Notes: a model not told the origin generated them from the letters alone. A stretch of DNA of 56,467 nt from Candidatus Poseidoniaceae archaeon (GCA_049598575.1 JBMYNT010000005.1:1-56467), one strand, 5' to 3'; shown: positions 7,926 to 17,136, counted from the stretch's first letter. Translations and numbers: made by a program.

Positions 7926-10445
7926 ATGCCAAAGAAGACCATTCGCAGCAGGTATCAACGCCGCATTCTCGATTGGTTGCTTGATGGCGGTGGAACGGTA
8001 TCCCAAGCTTCCGACGTTCTTGGCATTGCTATGCCTCACGCTTCGCTTGCAATGCGCCAATTGCGGGAATTGGGGGAGGTCCAACGTGACGATGGTGCAT
8101 CCATCCGTGGAGCAATCCATCGATTAACGCCAAAAGGAGCCGAGCATCTCCTGGTGGATTTGGTTGAACGTGTTCGTCAACAGGTAAGTACGATTCCGGA
8201 TGGAATGAACGCTGTCGTTCTTTCCAACGATCGTTCGAGTATTGTTCTCGGCGTACTTTCAGAGCCCTCCTCGAGATTGATTTCACTCCCTCGTCGAGTT
8301 GAATTGCTGGAACAAGATCACGAATATTCCTCCAGTGGAAAAGGAGGGGGGCTTTGGGCTGTTCAACGCGGGTCTTCGATTCCTTGGTATTCACTTGGTA
8401 CGATGGAACCTTCAACAGCACCAAGCGTACCGGTTGAGGGGACATTGACGGCATTTGCGACGCAATCGGACCGAATTGGGATTCTCCGTCTTCGTTTGCT
8501 TGAATCAACTGTGACTTGGGGCGTTGCAAACGGTACCTGGCTTCGATTGGAATCAAAAGAGATGGAAGGCCCATCCCAACTTCACATCGGAGAACATTCC
8601 ATTGGTCAGGTTGTAGGAACGCCTTTTGCGGTTCGTCCGGATAATGGTTTGTATGCACATTTGCCCTCGTCCGTCGACCGAACCTTGCTTGTATCATCGC
8701 TCGGCAATCATGCACAATTGATGACAGAATCATTGTCGTTCTCCAATCATCGTTCACTTCCGATCGATATCTTGGGGCCATGGATGAGGAAGCGACACCC
8801 ACGACTATCGACTGCGAAACGGAAAGCACGTCTCCGATCGTTGACTCGATGGCTCTTGACGGGACGTGGTAAACAACCACATCTGAACCTCCGGCGTGCA
8901 TTACTGGCAGACTTTGGGGAACGAACGTGGGTGGAACATTCCAACGCCATTGATGTTGTTCTTCTCGAGGGAATATCACAACATGGGGCCATATGCATCG
9001 TCGAATGGATGTTGGAATCAACCTCGTTTGACGTGGTTATCGAGTGGCCGTGGGCTGAAGTTGATGATGTTCCGTTAATGGAACGGCTGCTCGCCTCAGG
9101 ACGATGCAGATGTCTCATTACCTCTCGTGGTGAAGCGAAGGAATTTTCCGGTAAATCCGCTACATTGCTTCCAACTGATCAACTCGCAACCGTATCCTAT
9201 CGCCCACAGGAATCCTACGAGTTTCGTGTTGAATTACAGCGCACTGCAACACGTTCCGAGCCGGAAGCGACGCGAGAAGGCATCCCTTCATCTGCAAAGG
9301 AACTCATGCTGTGGTTCCAGTCTGGAGGTCTGGACGAATCGGTCTTATCAGGTGATGCTGCATCATCGAAGGACGTTCAACAAGACATCCGCAAAGCAAT
9401 GCGTTTGTTCCCGCAAGGAGATTCTGATTTTGCAAACAGTGTTGAACGACAATCGCCCCTGGCTGCATGGATTGCAAGTCCGGATGAAGAGCGGCCAACT
9501 CGATGGAAACGGATCGCTGACGTAGTTCCATTTGGCTGGATTGATCTTGTGAATGTTGGTCAGTTGGATGCCGTTGAACTTGTTCAAGCCATGCAACGAA
9601 CCGATACGGTCTGGAAACAACAAGCTGTTCGACAAGTTGTCGATGATTGTCAGGCTGATTCATCTCTTCTTATCGATCTTGTACCCCTCTTGAACGTGGA
9701 AGCGACCAAAGCAATGGCTGCTCATGTCCTCCTTCTCCTGAGTCGGACGTATCGTTCGGAACTTGAATCCATTCTTCCAAAGGCAGCAACGATTTGGTTG
9801 GATGCACCATTCGAGGAGGAACAGATCTTGAATGTCCTCTTTGGAACCAACTCGGGAACAACCTTCGATGATGAATTGCTTCTGCGTTTCCTCAGAGGTG
9901 CTCTTGTGCATCCACGAGGTTCACTGTTGCGAGTCTGGGCGCAAATGATTGATCTTTTCGAACAACGTGCACCGATTTCACTGGATGTGATGCGCACATG
10001 CATGAATGTCCTGCCAGAACAGTGGTGGTCGACGTGGGCGTTGGACTGGCTCGATGCACAGTTGTCAACAGCGGGTGGTCGCGAATGGCTCGCTCATCAT
10101 CCGAAGAATTGGCCAGCATTCATCTTTCGACCAAAAGGAGAGCAAATCGGTTTGCCAGGTTATCCACGGCAACACCAAGGTTATGTCGATCGTCCAGCAT
10201 TGAAACTCAACATATTGATGCTTCCTGAAGGTGAGGGGACGGCTGCGCTCATGGATGTACATGATATGATTCAACGAATGGAAAACAATGGTTCAGTTCA
10301 CGTTGGAAGAATTCACCCATTGGTCGGTTGGTTGGCATGTGATGTTGAGACATGGCCTGATTTTAGTATGGAAGAACTCCTTGATGGGAGCCAAGAAGTT
10401 GCGAAACTTCTGATTGGACGGGCGATGCTGCACCGAATGTCTTGA
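7926..10445 (+). CDS. Large hypothetical protein with N-terminal winged helix-turn-helix
   Basis: 839-aa ORF; ILDWLLDGGGTVSQASDVLGIAMPHASLAMRQLRELGEV...HRLTPKG resembles an ArsR/MarR wHTH; remainder not recognised. Confidence 0.75.
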   Translation: MPKKTIRSRYQRRILDWLLDGGGTVSQASDVLGIAMPHASLAMRQLRELGEVQRDDGASIRGAIHRLTPKGAEHLLVDLVERVRQQVSTIPDGMNAVVLSNDRSSIVLGVLSEPSSRLISLPRRVELLEQDHEYSSSGKGGGLWAVQRGSSIPWYSLGTMEPSTAPSVPVEGTLTAFATQSDRIGILRLRLLESTVTWGVANGTWLRLESKEMEGPSQLHIGEHSIGQVVGTPFAVRPDNGLYAHLPSSVDRTLLVSSLGNHAQLMTESLSFSNHRSLPIDILGPWMRKRHPRLSTAKRKARLRSLTRWLLTGRGKQPHLNLRRALLADFGERTWVEHSNAIDVVLLEGISQHGAICIVEWMLESTSFDVVIEWPWAEVDDVPLMERLLASGRCRCLITSRGEAKEFSGKSATLLPTDQLATVSYRPQESYEFRVELQRTATRSEPEATREGIPSSAKELMLWFQSGGLDESVLSGDAASSKDVQQDIRKAMRLFPQGDSDFANSVERQSPLAAWIASPDEERPTRWKRIADVVPFGWIDLVNVGQLDAVELVQAMQRTDTVWKQQAVRQVVDDCQADSSLLIDLVPLLNVEATKAMAAHVLLLLSRTYRSELESILPKAATIWLDAPFEEEQILNVLFGTNSGTTFDDELLLRFLRGALVHPRGSLLRVWAQMIDLFEQRAPISLDVMRTCMNVLPEQWWSTWALDWLDAQLSTAGGREWLAHHPKNWPAFIFRPKGEQIGLPGYPRQHQGYVDRPALKLNILMLPEGEGTAALMDVHDMIQRMENNGSVHVGRIHPLVGWLACDVETWPDFSMEELLDGSQEVAKLLIGRAMLHRMS

Positions 10446-10549
10446 TGGCCGATGTATTGAAATGCAACGTGTTTGAGCGCAAGTCGCCGTACGTGCAACA
10501 TCAGCCTGAGCTACTGTGAAATTGCAATGACGTCTGATACCAACGATAC

Positions 10550-10752
10550 GGTCCGCTATCGAAGACTGGGAGGACCCCTCGGGGAGTGAATTCCGGTGCA
10601 AAAGCGGAAACCCGGGCTGGACTATGGGTCCTCGATCGACTTCGGGATGAAATCGAGACAACCAACCGGCTCTACAGTACGCCCTGATACCGAGGGTCAG
10701 GCCTTCGAGGAAACAATGAACAAGGCCGTTAGGTATCAGGGCACAGCTTTTT
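10550..10752 (+). ncRNA. Three-hairpin archaeal H/ACA pseudouridylation guide RNA
   Basis: Three hairpins, each with lower stem, internal pocket, upper stem and K-turn (GA...3-nt bulge-GA); ACA boxes at 10674-10676 and 10743-10745; 3' T-run; pockets complementary to conserved 23S rRNA sequences. Confidence 0.8.
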
Positions 10753-10811
10753 GCTACATTCATTCGATTTGAAGCGATGTTCTCAAAGGCCGTATGCTTC
10801 AGCCAAGCCTC

Positions 10812-11834
10812 ATGGAAGTGGACCGTTCCTTTCGTCGATGTCTCATCGGTGGAACGTTTGACAGATTCCATTCAGGTCATCAACTCCTCATCCAAACAGC
10901 ATTGCGTCAAGCAGATTTCATTGAAGTTCATGTTGTCAACGATGAAATGGCTCAAGCAAAAGGTGATTGGATTCAATCCTTGGACGATCGAATGGAAACA
11001 TTACTCAATTGGCTGAGCGATACAGCGCATTTGCGATACGAAGTACACGTCCTCAACGATCCGCATGGGCCTGCACCAACGCATCGAACGGCAGACTGTA
11101 TTGTTGCTACGGTTGAGACCATTCCTCGATGTCATCAAATCAACGAGCGAAGATATGAGAACGGGCTTCCTCCACTCTCAATTCTTGAAGCTCCACACTT
11201 GAGCGACGAACTTGGGGGAATCTTGTCATCGAGTCGTATCCGTCTCGGTCTTATTGATCAAGAAGGGCATCCATGGATTCCACCTTCGTACGAAGGAAAG
11301 ATTCTGCGTATGCCTGCAGTTCTCGATGATGAGTTCAAGACGCCAATGGGTGAATTGTTTGAAGGACCAGAAGATGCTCCTGAGGTGGCCTTATCCGCCA
11401 TGCTGGAGGCTCTACCAGAAAATCACGGTACGCTCGTCGCAGTAGGTGATGTGACCGTGAAGGGTCTGATGGACATGGGTGTTCTGCCAGACATTGCGTT
11501 CATTGATGGCCAAACCAAGCGAGAAGCATTGGACGCTTCGTTGCTCGTTCGAGGAGATGCATACGCACTACAGAGAAGCGTTGTTAATCCACCTGGTCAA
11601 TTAACGCCCGAACTGTTGGATGTTGTTCGTTGGGCTTTGGAACAGGACGATTCCGTTCTTGTCGAAGTTGATGGTGAGGAAGATCTAGCACCAATGTTTG
11701 TGCTTGCAACAGCTCCACTCGGTACGATTGTTGTCTATGGGCAACCTCGGCAAGGCGTTGTTATGCGTATTTTGGATATGGAAGCAAAACATCGTGCAAG
11801 GAACCTTCTTGTTCATTTTGAGGCAGAAGAATGA
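10812..11834 (+). CDS. coaD: Bifunctional phosphopantetheine adenylyltransferase / GTP-dependent dephospho-CoA kinase (DUF359)
   Basis: GGTFDRFHSGH (HxGH) and LSSSRIR in the N-half; VGDVT, DGQTKRE, NPPGQLT, DGEEDLA, YGQP in the C-half; start could be 10794. Confidence 0.87.
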   Translation: MEVDRSFRRCLIGGTFDRFHSGHQLLIQTALRQADFIEVHVVNDEMAQAKGDWIQSLDDRMETLLNWLSDTAHLRYEVHVLNDPHGPAPTHRTADCIVATVETIPRCHQINERRYENGLPPLSILEAPHLSDELGGILSSSRIRLGLIDQEGHPWIPPSYEGKILRMPAVLDDEFKTPMGELFEGPEDAPEVALSAMLEALPENHGTLVAVGDVTVKGLMDMGVLPDIAFIDGQTKREALDASLLVRGDAYALQRSVVNPPGQLTPELLDVVRWALEQDDSVLVEVDGEEDLAPMFVLATAPLGTIVVYGQPRQGVVMRILDMEAKHRARNLLVHFEAEE

Positions 11835-12934
11835 GCGACAAACCTCTCGTAACGGTAACGGTATGCGCTCGTAATGGAGCGCATTGGGTTGAAGATTGTC
11901 TTAACGCAATCCACGCTCAGACACATCGTCCATTGGAAATCATTGCTGTCAACGATGGTTCAACGGATTCGACTGGGCCGTTAATGGATGCTTGGATGGA
12001 ATCGAACGGTGATTCCGATGTGTCCATTTCCGTCCTTCATCAGGATGCGATTGGTTTGTCGGCTGGTCGAATGGCTGCATTGAATCATGCTCAAGGTGAA
12101 TGGGTCGCCATCACAGACATCGATGTCCGACCAGAACAAGATTGGATTGAACAATTGTTGCTGGCCAATGTTCCAGTTGGAGAAGAAACCATCGTTGCCG
12201 TCACAGGTCGAACCATCTTCCAAACACATACCGACTTAGTGAGCCGCTTTCGTGCTGTCGAAATCGCATCAAAGTATCGAAGTCGTCCACGAAGAACCTC
12301 GCTGGCCAACGGACCATGTTCGATGTTCAAGCGACAAGCTCTCCTCGATGTCGGAGGCTTCGATCCTGACTGGTATCATGCTGAAGATATGGAAGTCAGT
12401 CTTCGATTGTTGAATGCAGGGGGGAGCATCGTCTATGCTCCAGACGCTCTTGTTGCACACGTACCTGAAGTAGGTGTCCGACGGTTCCTGCACAAACGTC
12501 GTCGGGATGCTCGTGCTCACGTTCGTATTGTTCGACATTATCCTTCTCGTCAACGTTCTGGGCCAGGTTTTGATTTCATTGGGAGTGCGAGCATCGCCTT
12601 GTCCATTTTCCCGATCACCTTGTTGATGTTGCTGAGCATCGTACCTTTGCTGATGACCTATCCATTTGAGCAATCATGGACAGAGATGTGGCAAACCCAA
12701 CTTGCCTTGGGTGGGTTCATGCTTGGCGCTCTTGTTGAATTGATGTTCTGGAGAGGTCCATTGGGCGTTATCACGAGAAGCATGAAGAGCGATGCAGGGA
12801 AAAGCAGTATCGTGCTTGCCATCTCAGTACGAATCCTGATTTTGCGTTGGTCAATAGCCCTTTGGCAAGGCTTGTTGCTCGGTTGCTTGGATGCAATGTT
12901 TGCTCGAAACGGTCACAAGCGATTGTTTCGCTGA
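11831..12934 (+). CDS. Family 2 glycosyltransferase with C-terminal TM helices
   Basis: VNDGSTD, TDID (DxD), GGFD...AEDME, hydrophobic C-terminus. Confidence 0.88.
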   Translation: MSDKPLVTVTVCARNGAHWVEDCLNAIHAQTHRPLEIIAVNDGSTDSTGPLMDAWMESNGDSDVSISVLHQDAIGLSAGRMAALNHAQGEWVAITDIDVRPEQDWIEQLLLANVPVGEETIVAVTGRTIFQTHTDLVSRFRAVEIASKYRSRPRRTSLANGPCSMFKRQALLDVGGFDPDWYHAEDMEVSLRLLNAGGSIVYAPDALVAHVPEVGVRRFLHKRRRDARAHVRIVRHYPSRQRSGPGFDFIGSASIALSIFPITLLMLLSIVPLLMTYPFEQSWTEMWQTQLALGGFMLGALVELMFWRGPLGVITRSMKSDAGKSSIVLAISVRILILRWSIALWQGLLLGCLDAMFARNGHKRLFR

Positions 12935-13519
12935 TCACATGACGGTTTCGTCACCTGGTGGTGCTCGGCTTACTGCGTTGAGAGCGAAACCAAAGGCGAC
13001 CAAGGTGATGGATACGGAGTAGACACCAAGGTCAATCCAGGTCATGTACATGACACTGTATCCGATGTAGAATCCAAATCCGAGGAGGAGGCACCATGCT
13101 CCAACGGCTCGCATGAGGCCGCCTTCTGCACCAACAAGTGCAGGCCACGTATCGTTCATGACGAGCGATTGTGCAAAACCTGCGACGCCGCCTTCGACCT
13201 TTTCATTGATTGAATTGAGTCCGAGGCCGAGAAGAGCAAGACATGCTACAATGAACACGAGGTCGCCAATGACAAACATCGGAGCGCCGTCTTTGTGGCC
13301 GAATGCATCGGCGAATGCTTCGAAGGTGAGGAGTCCACCCCAAGAGACTCGATACGTTGGGTGAATGTAGCCCAGTGAGTTGAGAATGGCTAGGGTAAGG
13401 CCCCATACACCGATGGCAATGTACCACTTGGAGAGGGTGACTGAAGGCTTGATGAAGATGTCTGCCAATCCGCCAGACGCTGCTTTCTCTTCACTGCTCA
13501 TGGACTTGCCGACCCCCAT
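12935..13519 (-). CDS. Hypothetical multi-pass membrane protein
   Basis: 194-aa ORF with about 4 hydrophobic segments, directly downstream of cdc6. Confidence 0.7.
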   Translation of the reverse strand: MGVGKSMSSEEKAASGGLADIFIKPSVTLSKWYIAIGVWGLTLAILNSLGYIHPTYRVSWGGLLTFEAFADAFGHKDGAPMFVIGDLVFIVACLALLGLGLNSINEKVEGGVAGFAQSLVMNDTWPALVGAEGGLMRAVGAWCLLLGFGFYIGYSVMYMTWIDLGVYSVSITLVAFGFALNAVSRAPPGDETVM

Positions 13520-13540
13520 TTGCCATATAAGAACAACGAA

Positions 13541-14782
13541 TCAGAGCGGGCGTTGTTGTCGATAGCGATTGTTGAACACAGTTCGCATGTTTTCATCCGC
13601 ATTCATCAAGATCTCTTGCGTCTCAACGTTGCTTGGGATGCATGAATTGATTTCCTTGGAACGACCGTATCGTCCACGGCTTCGAGTTCGAGCAGTGATG
13701 AGGCCGAGCATGTCGAGGTTGGCAATGATTCCTGAAATGCGTCGTTGTGTTAACGAAGGGAGATTGAGGTAGGAGCATGCCTGATCGTAGACATCGTACA
13801 ACTGACCAGTTTGGATGTTCTTCAATCCGTTGCGCTCGTTGATGAGAACAGCGGCAAGTACGAGTTTCTGTTGCGTTGGTAGACCTGCGATTACGGGTTC
13901 GATTTGATCAGCCTCAATTTGATGCTGAGCCATTCGGACGTGATGTTGCTCGACTTTTGCATCGCCAAGTTGTTCCGCTTTCTCGGTTGAAACACGAAGC
14001 AAGTCGAGAGCGCATCGAGCATCACCGTGCTCTTGAGCTGCAAAAGCAGAGCAAAGTGCGATAACACCTTCTGAGACAACATCAGGCGCAATCGATTCAT
14101 CGGAGCGCTGGCGTAGAATGTCTTTGAGTTGCTCAGCATCGTACGGTGAGAACAGAATGTCTTGTTGTCCCAGACGTGAGCGAACACGTGGGTCGAGGAA
14201 TTCCGTAAATTTGAGATCGTTCGAGATTCCGATGACACAAGCACGGGCATCGTCAAGGAACGAATTAAGGTTGGTCAGATTGTACAACAAGTCGTCACCG
14301 GCCTTCCGGACGAGATGGTCAATTTCGTCGAGAACAATAACGTACACGCCCTTCCTTGAATCCATGCGTCGAACGAGTTCTTTGAAGACTCGGTCGGTTG
14401 GCCAACCTGTGAATGGAATTTCATCGATTTCATGCTCCTCAAGAAGACTGTTCCCAATGTGAGAAAGGACTCGATACTGTGTGTCGATTTGACGACAGTT
14501 GACAATAACTGGCGTAATGTCACGACGCATTTGTTGGCCCTTTTCTTTGAGAAGATTTGTCACGTGAAGTGTCACTGCCGTCTTTCCTGCACCAGTCACT
14601 CCGTAGAGAATCATGTTGGATGGAATTTGACCGTTCAAAGCCTCGACAAGGTTGAACGCAATACGCTCAATTTCCTTCTCTCGGTGAGGCATGACTGCTG
14701 GTCGATGGCTGTGGTGAAGGATTTCTTTGTTTGTGAACAAACTCTGTCTGGAGAGCAATGTATCGAAGATGTTTTTCTTCAA
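13541..14782 (-). CDS. cdc6: Orc1/Cdc6 replication initiator
   Basis: YGVTGAGKT Walker A, VLDEID Walker B, LDPRVRSRL, HGDAR, C-terminal wHTH RGRYGR; TTG start at 14782 preceded by GGAGGT SD (14789-14794). Confidence 0.95.
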   Translation of the reverse strand: MKKNIFDTLLSRQSLFTNKEILHHSHRPAVMPHREKEIERIAFNLVEALNGQIPSNMILYGVTGAGKTAVTLHVTNLLKEKGQQMRRDITPVIVNCRQIDTQYRVLSHIGNSLLEEHEIDEIPFTGWPTDRVFKELVRRMDSRKGVYVIVLDEIDHLVRKAGDDLLYNLTNLNSFLDDARACVIGISNDLKFTEFLDPRVRSRLGQQDILFSPYDAEQLKDILRQRSDESIAPDVVSEGVIALCSAFAAQEHGDARCALDLLRVSTEKAEQLGDAKVEQHHVRMAQHQIEADQIEPVIAGLPTQQKLVLAAVLINERNGLKNIQTGQLYDVYDQACSYLNLPSLTQRRISGIIANLDMLGLITARTRSRGRYGRSKEINSCIPSNVETQEILMNADENMRTVFNNRYRQQRPL

Positions 14783-14974
14783 AGTTTGACCTCCATTAAA
14801 TACCCCAAGTTTGGGAGGCTCTCCTCCCGCATTGGGATAGTTTCCCTGAGTCCGAGTCCCCCTCATAAGGATGTCCGTTGAAATTTTTTGGAGGCCTTTA
14901 TTATAGGACAAAAAAGGATTTTATTTCTGTGCAATGGTTTCAGGAAATTCGCTTATTATTGAACAAAAAATATC

Positions 14975-15769
14975 TCAGTTTTTGATGGGAACCCATTCCG
15001 AATTCTGGAAATTCCAGACATCTCCATCTTCCAAATGATGAACATTTTCTGGATGGTCCGGAGGTTTGTCCGTCAGGATTGGCTCAAACCCAGATTGAGG
15101 CGTATCAACGAAGGTGTGGGTGATGAGGAGTTTGACATGTGATTGTCGTTCAGCTAGAGATTGTATGTCGTCTGGTTTGTGGTGGTGATCGGATGGAACC
15201 CATTGTGGGAACCCCATTTCGACAACAGCAAGTTGGGACCGTTCGATCGCATGTTCAAGATTTTCACAAGGTCCGGAATCTCCTGAATGAACAAACGAGC
15301 ATCCATCAGCATGCTCAAAGCGATAGCCGAATGGATCGACAGCATCATCGTGGTGGACTCGGAAGCGTTCCCAGTTCCATCCATCGATTGTTCCAGAGTC
15401 TGTTTCGATAAATGTGACATTGTCAAGAGCATCATCCAAACTTCCAGGAAAGGCGAGGCTGCACAGCGTCTTCAATCGCGCCTTGACTCCACTTGAACCA
15501 ACAATGGTGAGATGGGCATTGCCTTCTCGGTCGGAGATGTATTTCTTCTCAAGGAGGAGGAAGGGCAAACCAAACACGTGGTCACCGTGAAGATGTGTGA
15601 TGAAGATGGTTTCAATCTCAGCGGGTGAGATGCCAGCACGACGTAAGCTCAGCAGGGCAGTAGGTGGCGCATCGATGATGTGTTTTCCGTCAAAGATGAG
15701 AAAGGAATGATGACGCTGATGCGGTAAGAATGCGTTTCCAGTACCGAGCATTCGAATCGCGTGGGTCAT
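14975..15769 (-). CDS. Metallo-beta-lactamase fold hydrolase, RNase Z-like
   Basis: LGTG, THLHGDHVFGL (HxHxDH), HSGDSGP, ITH. Confidence 0.85.
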   Translation of the reverse strand: MTHAIRMLGTGNAFLPHQRHHSFLIFDGKHIIDAPPTALLSLRRAGISPAEIETIFITHLHGDHVFGLPFLLLEKKYISDREGNAHLTIVGSSGVKARLKTLCSLAFPGSLDDALDNVTFIETDSGTIDGWNWERFRVHHDDAVDPFGYRFEHADGCSFVHSGDSGPCENLEHAIERSQLAVVEMGFPQWVPSDHHHKPDDIQSLAERQSHVKLLITHTFVDTPQSGFEPILTDKPPDHPENVHHLEDGDVWNFQNSEWVPIKN

Positions 15770-15885
15770 GATTCGTGCTGACTTGTCGACTCTTTCAACC
15801 CTATGATGCAAGACTATGGACGTTAGAGAATGATGATAAGTAGCCCACAATTGGAAAAAATTGTCGCGACATATGAGGTGTAACC

Positions 15886-17136
15886 ATGAGCAACTGGTCC
15901 GCAAAAAACCCATACAATTCGAAGATTACAGAAAACTACGTTCTCAATGGAGAAGGTTCTCGAAAGGAAACGCGCCACATCGTCTTTGACTTGGGCGATT
16001 CAGGCCTTGATTACAAAGTTGGAGACGCTCTCGGCGTCCTCCCTGAAAACCCTCCACACATCGTTGAGGAACTGATTGAAGTCCAAGGATGGGACCGTGA
16101 TCAAACCGTTGCTTCCCACAAAGGTGAGAAAGACCTCTACACGGCGCTCAAGAAAGACTACGAAGTCCACATGGCCAACAAGAAATTCGTTCAATCACTC
16201 ACGGATAAAATCGTATCCTCAGGTATGTCCATTTCCATGAACATCGTCAAGCGAAGCCGTGACAACATGGACTGGTCAAGTACCTCTGAAGGCGATTTGC
16301 CACCCGGCTTGAACTCCAGTCTTCCATCCGATGACCCTGCCTCAAAGGTCAAGGCCATCGTCGCTGATGCAAAGGCCATTGAAGATTACCTTTGGACACG
16401 TGACTATGTTGACATCATGCGTGAATTCAATGTCAAGTACTCGCCAGAAGAATTCCTTGAACTTGCAGATCGACTCAAGCCACGTCTCTACTCCATCGCT
16501 TCATCGCACGATGCGCATCCAGGATTTGTCGAATTGACCGTCGGTATTGTTCGCTTCAATTACCATGACCGCCAGCGTGGTGGATTGTGCACGCAATACA
16601 TGGCTGACGAGGTCGTCATGAACAAGACCGATGTTGGCGTCTTCATGTCTCCAACCAAGTCGTTCATTCTCCCAGAAGACCCGAACACGGACATCATCAT
16701 GGTTGGTCCTGGAACGGGTATCGCACCATTCCGTGCTTTCATGGAACAGCGTGTCCATGACAAAGCACCAGGTCGAAACTGGTTGTTCTTTGGCGACCAA
16801 TCGGAAAAGACAGAGTACTACTACAAGGATGAAATCGAAGGGTGGCTTGATGGTGGCCACATGTACAAGTTTACCACAGCATGGTCTCGTGACCAAGAGG
16901 AGAAAATCTACGTTCAACATCGTCTGAAAGAACACGGTGCTGAAGTATGGGAGTGGTTTGAAAATGGAGCCTACTTCTACATCTGTGGTGACAAGCAATA
17001 CATGGCAAAGGACGTTCATCGAGCCCTCATCGAAATCGCTATTGAGCACGGTGGAATGTCTGAGGCAGATGCTACACACTTCATCGAGAAGACCATGATG
17101 AAGGAACAGAAGCGATATTTGCGTGACGTCTACTGA
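15886..17136 (+). CDS. FAD/NADPH reductase like the sulfite reductase flavoprotein (CysJ) C-terminal part; no flavodoxin domain
   Basis: PRLYSIASS, GLCT, MVGPGTGIAPFR, LFFG, WSRDQ..KIYVQ, YICGD, C-terminal RYLRDVY; GAGGTG SD. Confidence 0.85.
   Translation: MSNWSAKNPYNSKITENYVLNGEGSRKETRHIVFDLGDSGLDYKVGDALGVLPENPPHIVEELIEVQGWDRDQTVASHKGEKDLYTALKKDYEVHMANKKFVQSLTDKIVSSGMSISMNIVKRSRDNMDWSSTSEGDLPPGLNSSLPSDDPASKVKAIVADAKAIEDYLWTRDYVDIMREFNVKYSPEEFLELADRLKPRLYSIASSHDAHPGFVELTVGIVRFNYHDRQRGGLCTQYMADEVVMNKTDVGVFMSPTKSFILPEDPNTDIIMVGPGTGIAPFRAFMEQRVHDKAPGRNWLFFGDQSEKTEYYYKDEIEGWLDGGHMYKFTTAWSRDQEEKIYVQHRLKEHGAEVWEWFENGAYFYICGDKQYMAKDVHRALIEIAIEHGGMSEADATHFIEKTMMKEQKRYLRDVY

Noticed and set aside
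10485-10540. Possible C/D-box guide (CTGA 10506, GTGAAA 10516, CTGA 10534)
   Set aside because: No recognisable upstream C box, and I could not match the guides to a known rRNA or tRNA target
10681-10745. Possible SRP RNA helix 8 (GTCAGGCC...GGAAAC) or RNase P (GAGGAAA)
   Set aside because: No GGAA tetraloop/AGCA symmetric loop and no P4 partner; the pocket, K-turn and ACA geometry fit H/ACA better
10293-10871. 192-aa minus-strand ORF across the intergenic gap
   Set aside because: Overlaps both flanking genes antisense and has no motifs; the gap is better explained by the H/ACA RNA
14783-14911. N-terminal extension of Cdc6 in the ORF track
   Set aside because: A GGAGGT SD precedes TTG 14782 and Cdc6-like sequence starts there; the region looks regulatory
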